Under the pieces are notes generated by a model. That model saw nothing but the letters and a program-made list of their open reading frames with translations, had not been told where the DNA came from and ran no database searches. Positions 59,919-64,000 of a stretch of 64,000 bases of DNA are shown in pieces. The DNA is taken from positions 92,760,336 through 92,824,335 of the forward strand of contig NC_068984.1 in the NCBI RefSeq assembly GCF_001194135.2, in the 5' to 3' direction. Origin of the DNA: Octopus bimaculoides (taxonomy: Eukaryota). How positions within the stretch are numbered: the first letter of the stretch is position 1; each line of letters opens with the position of its first letter. The translations under genes were made by a program, and so were the position numbers.

Positions 59919-60104
59919 CATCATTTAACATTCCCTTTTCTACTCTTGCAAAGGTCAGATGGGATTTGTTGAGGAAGATTTTTTACAGCCAAATGTGTTC
60001 TTCCGCACAAGACTGGAAATAAACAACATCGCTTACATGATGGTGATGGATGCTTTTTTACAACCATCACATAATGTCAGGACAACTCTACACACACATA
60101 CACA

Positions 60105-61714
60105 CAGTAGCGGCCATAATGTAAGGGTCAGTAAGAACAAGTGTATTGAAATATTTATTATACAAGATTAACAACATGTTGAGACTAGATATTTTACACA
60201 TATTTAGATATATCTAAAATCTATCTTTTGTTAAAATTTCAAGTGAATGGAATATATATTTTGTCAGTTATGAGGAAATAAACAAACAATCTTCCAAATT
60301 GCAGTGGCCAAAAGTTAAAGGTCACTTAGAAAAAACAAACTACTACTTGAAGTGTTTGATGTTTAGAAGACTATTAATGGGCTTGGAACATTCAACTCTC
60401 AACATGGCAGATTGTGAGAGACGACTGGTGTCTTGTGATGAAAAACAAAGGATTGTGTGCCTTCACCAAGAGGGCAAATCAAATTCTGTGATAGCAACTA
60501 CTATAGGAAGATCTAGAAGTGTTGTGCAATGAATTATAGCTCATTTTAAGTCATCAGGATTGACAGATGCTAAACCCAAAACTGGTAGACCTCATAAAAC
60601 TTCATCAAGATAGAATCATATTATGGTTAGGATGTCACTGACGGATAGGTTTAAGAGTGCTGCTGAAATATCCTGTGAGTTTAGCTCCACTTCCGATGTC
60701 AACATATCACACAAAACAGTTTCACAGAGGTTACAAGGTTCTGAGTTGCTTGCTTGGGCACTGGCAAAGAAACCTCTGATCTCCAAGAAGAATCAAAGAG
60801 CCCGTCTTCATTTTACTCATGAACATGTCATTTGGACAGAACAGTGGTCACAGATTCATTTTAGTGATGAATTGAAGTTTAATGTGATTAGTTCTGATGG
60901 TGGGATGTATGTCTGATGAAGAAATGGCGAATGGTTATTGTGTGCATGTGTAAAGAAGACAGTGAAATATGGAGGAGGCTGTGTAATGGTATGGGAAGTG
61001 ATCTCTGCTGCCAGTCCTGGTCCACTTATTTGCCTCCAAGGGACTGTCAATGCTGAAATCTACAAGCAGATTCTTAGAGAGCATGCCCTTCCACATCTTC
61101 AATCCATGTCAGTTCAACCTCCTATCTTTATGTAGGACAACGGTCCCTGCCACACTGTGAAGAGAGTCAAAGATTTTTTTGAGCGATGAAAAGGTTCATC
61201 TCATAGACTTGCCAATGTCCTGATCTCAACCCTAGAGAAAACATTTGGAGATGGTGCATGAAGGGGAAATCCAAAGAACCAAGATGAACATTTGGAGATG
61301 GTGCATGAAGGGGAAATCCAAAGAACCAAGATGAACTCTTGAAATTATTGAAGAACGAGTGGAACAGTATTACTCCATCATTTTGCAAGAAATTAATTCA
61401 GTCCTGTAGTAACAGATGTCAGGAGGTCATTGATAGTACAGGAATGTTCACAAATTATTAATAGTAAGGGTTTCTTTTTTGCTCTTGTTGCATTTTTCAT
61501 TGCTTTTCTAAGTGACCCTTAACTTTTGGCCATTGCAGTTTGGAAGATTGTTTATTTCCTCATAACTTACGAAATGTTTATTCCATTTACTTAAAATTTT
61601 CTTGAAAGATATTAGATATATCTAAATATGTGTAAAACATCTAGTCTCAACATTTTGTTAATCTTCTATAATAAACATTTCAATACACTTGCTTTTACTG
61701 CCCCTTATATTATG
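60105..61714 (+). mobile_element. Tc1-family transposon with about 250-bp IR/DR-type terminal repeats, dead
   Basis: TIRs 60105-60352 and 61503-61714; GRPHKTS, FSDELKF, KYGGGCVMVW, DNGPCH; internal stops and a 47-bp duplication at 61240-61333. Confidence 0.92.
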
Positions 61715-61753
<39 letters not shown>

Positions 61754-62368
61754 CAAATTAAAAGGGTAAAGAATTATCAATTTATTAATTCATTAATAAA
61801 TCACCGATTAATAATTAATAATTTATGTATATATATATATAAAAGAGAACACAAATGGCACTTAAGATTTATAACAGCTGCTTCAGTAGAATTTTATTGA
61901 TGCATTAATAGATTACATCATAACATATAATGCTATATCTTCAGGTAAAATTTTAAACTTGTAAGATGTCAAACAGCTGATATTTCAACAATATTGGATT
62001 CCTTTGGTTCAGTGCATGAAATCTCAACTGTTTGATATCTGTTTAAAATTTTACCATCAAGATGTTGGATTATACACTATGATGTAAAATATGAATACAT
62101 CAATAAAATTCTACTTAAACAGGTATCATAAATTTTAAAGGCCATATGTGTTCTCTTTTTTCACCTACACTACACCTGGAACCAACCCCAGAGTTGGATC
62201 TATCATTTAAATTAGATTTGGTACTTACATATCTACAGTATCCTACCAACACTTTATACCTTCATTGTTATTTACCTTACTGTGAGCTCTATGTTATTGT
62301 ACTTAGCAATTTCTGGCATTTTGCATATTGATGTGACTGGGTTCTATTGAATCCACAGACACACACAC

Positions 62369-62419
<51 letters not shown>

Positions 62420-62420
<1 letters not shown>

Positions 62421-62520
62421 AAGTTCTTTCAGTTTCCATCTACCAAACCTACTTGTAAGGCTTTAGAGGACACTTGCCGAAGATGTCACACAGGGGCTGA
62501 ACCCAAGACCACAAAAAGTG
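62420..62520 (-). mobile_element. SINE head remnant
   Basis: ttctttcagtttccatctacc...gacacttgccgaagatgtcacacaggggctgaaccc. Confidence 0.7.
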
Positions 62521-62554
62521 GGTTTCTTAACCACTTTTATACTTTTATATATAG

Positions 62555-63660
62555 GTGCTATAAACACAGAAAATGTGCAGAGAACAGCTTCTGTCACATT
62601 TCAGGGAGAAAAACTAGAAGTAGTTGATAGCTCCTATTAACTAGGGGACCAAATCAGTAGTGGGGGTGGATGCTCTGAAAGTGTAGCAGCTAGAATAAGA
62701 AAAGCCTGGGCAAAGTTCAGAGAGTTCCAACCTCTGCTGGTGACAAAGGGCCTCTCACTCAGAGTAAAAGGTAGACTGTATGACATATGTGTACGAACAG
62801 CCATGCTACATGGCAATGAAACATGGGCTGTGACTGCTGAGGACATGCGTAAGCTCGCAAGGAATGAAGCCAGTATGCTTCGCTGGATGTGTAATGTCAG
62901 TATGCATACACAACAGAGTGTAAGTGCCCTGAGAGAAAAGTTGGATTTAAGAAGTATCAGATGTGGTGTGCAAGAGAGATGACTGCACTGGTATGGTCAT
63001 GTGTTTCAAATGAATGAAGACAGCTGTGTGAAAAAGTGTCACACTCTAGCAGTTGAGGGAACCTGTGGAAGAGGTAGACACAGGAAAACCTGGGATGAGG
63101 TTGTGAAGCACGACCTTTAAACATTGGGCCTTACCAAGGCAATGACTTGTGACCGGGACCTTTGGAGATATGCTGTACTTGAGAAGACTTGACAAGCCAA
63201 ATGCGACCATAGCCCATGGTCTATGCCAGTGGGTGTAACCAGCCTGTTTATGAATACTCCTCATTCATTGGACAATAAACCTTGCTTGCGAAGACCTGTT
63301 GAGGTAAGTGAAATCAAAATCAAAATTGCTGACGACAATACTGCCTGATTGGCACTTGCGCCAGTGGAGCATTAAAAGCACATCCGAACGTGGGGTGTAA
63401 CCAAGCCACTTATGAGTACCCCTCATTCATTGGACAATGAACTTTGCTTGCCAAGACCTATTGAGGCAAGTGTAAACAAACCAAAATTGCTGATGTAGCT
63501 GATGACAGTACCGCCTGATTGGCACTCGTGCCAGTGGAATGTTAAAAGACCATGTGAGCGTGACCATTGCCAGGGCTACGGATTGGCTCCTGTGCTGGTG
63601 ACACGTGAAAAGCACCATTCGAGCATGATTGTAGCCAGCGTCGCCTTACCGGCACGTGCT
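62555..63660 (+). mobile_element. RTE LINE C-terminus and 3' UTR
   Basis: MTKGLSLRVKGRLYDICVRTAMLHGNETWAVT; 3' UTR carries a diverged duplication of about 165 bp (63232-63560). Confidence 0.88.
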
Positions 63661-64000
63661 TTAGAGATAGGAAGAAAATAGCTAGCACCAGTCTTAGCAA
63701 ATACATCTGGGATCTTAAGGAAAATAATAAACAGTATTCATTAGAATGGTCTATAATAGCAAGATCAATGCCATATGAGAGAGGAAGAAAGTATTGTTCG
63801 CTCTGTACGACAGAACTATACTACATAATCTTCTCTAAGGATAAATTGATCAACAAAGTAAAGAATAATGCTCTGAAATGTACGCATATCATAAGAAGTA
63901 CGTTTCGTTGGTATAAATGATCTTAGGATGTGAGGAAGTACAACATGATATCTCATGTATGTTTGTGTATGTGTAGTTATGCATATATGGATGAGTGCAT

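Noticed and set aside
61873-61921. Family B-like hammerhead remnant on the minus strand
   Set aside because: Core reads ATGATGT and GAAG; too decayed to call

Overview
AT-rich, gap-rich eukaryotic draft sequence; its SINE/LINE families and (TA)n/(CA)n load point to an octopus or other coleoid genome (inference). The only recognisable host gene is a + strand OSTF1 orthologue (SH3, ankyrin repeats, acidic tail; 200 aa visible) in seven small coding exons between 8359 and 58192. Its first coding exon was not found. The 3-13 kb introns are packed with dead mobile elements: many RTE LINE copies, a CR1-like fragment, several Penelope-like elements (PLEs), mariner, maT (DD37D), Tc1, pogo and piggyBac transposons, Helentron-type non-autonomous elements and two SINE families. 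The ORF track misses the most interesting layer: type I minimal hammerhead ribozymes from four families. These include a 352-bp retrozyme-like unit with terminal redundancy (32364-32919) and an intact sense-strand hammerhead paired with its own antisense copy (9704-10032). Other leads are a genomic Arg codon at the conserved ankyrin Gly that one A-to-I edit would restore (41351), a PHD finger inside the RTE reverse transcriptase, a possible intron in the RTE 5' region, and an inverted-repeat-flanked telomere-like cassette in a mobile element. All alignments and folds were done by eye, so repeat boundaries are approximate.
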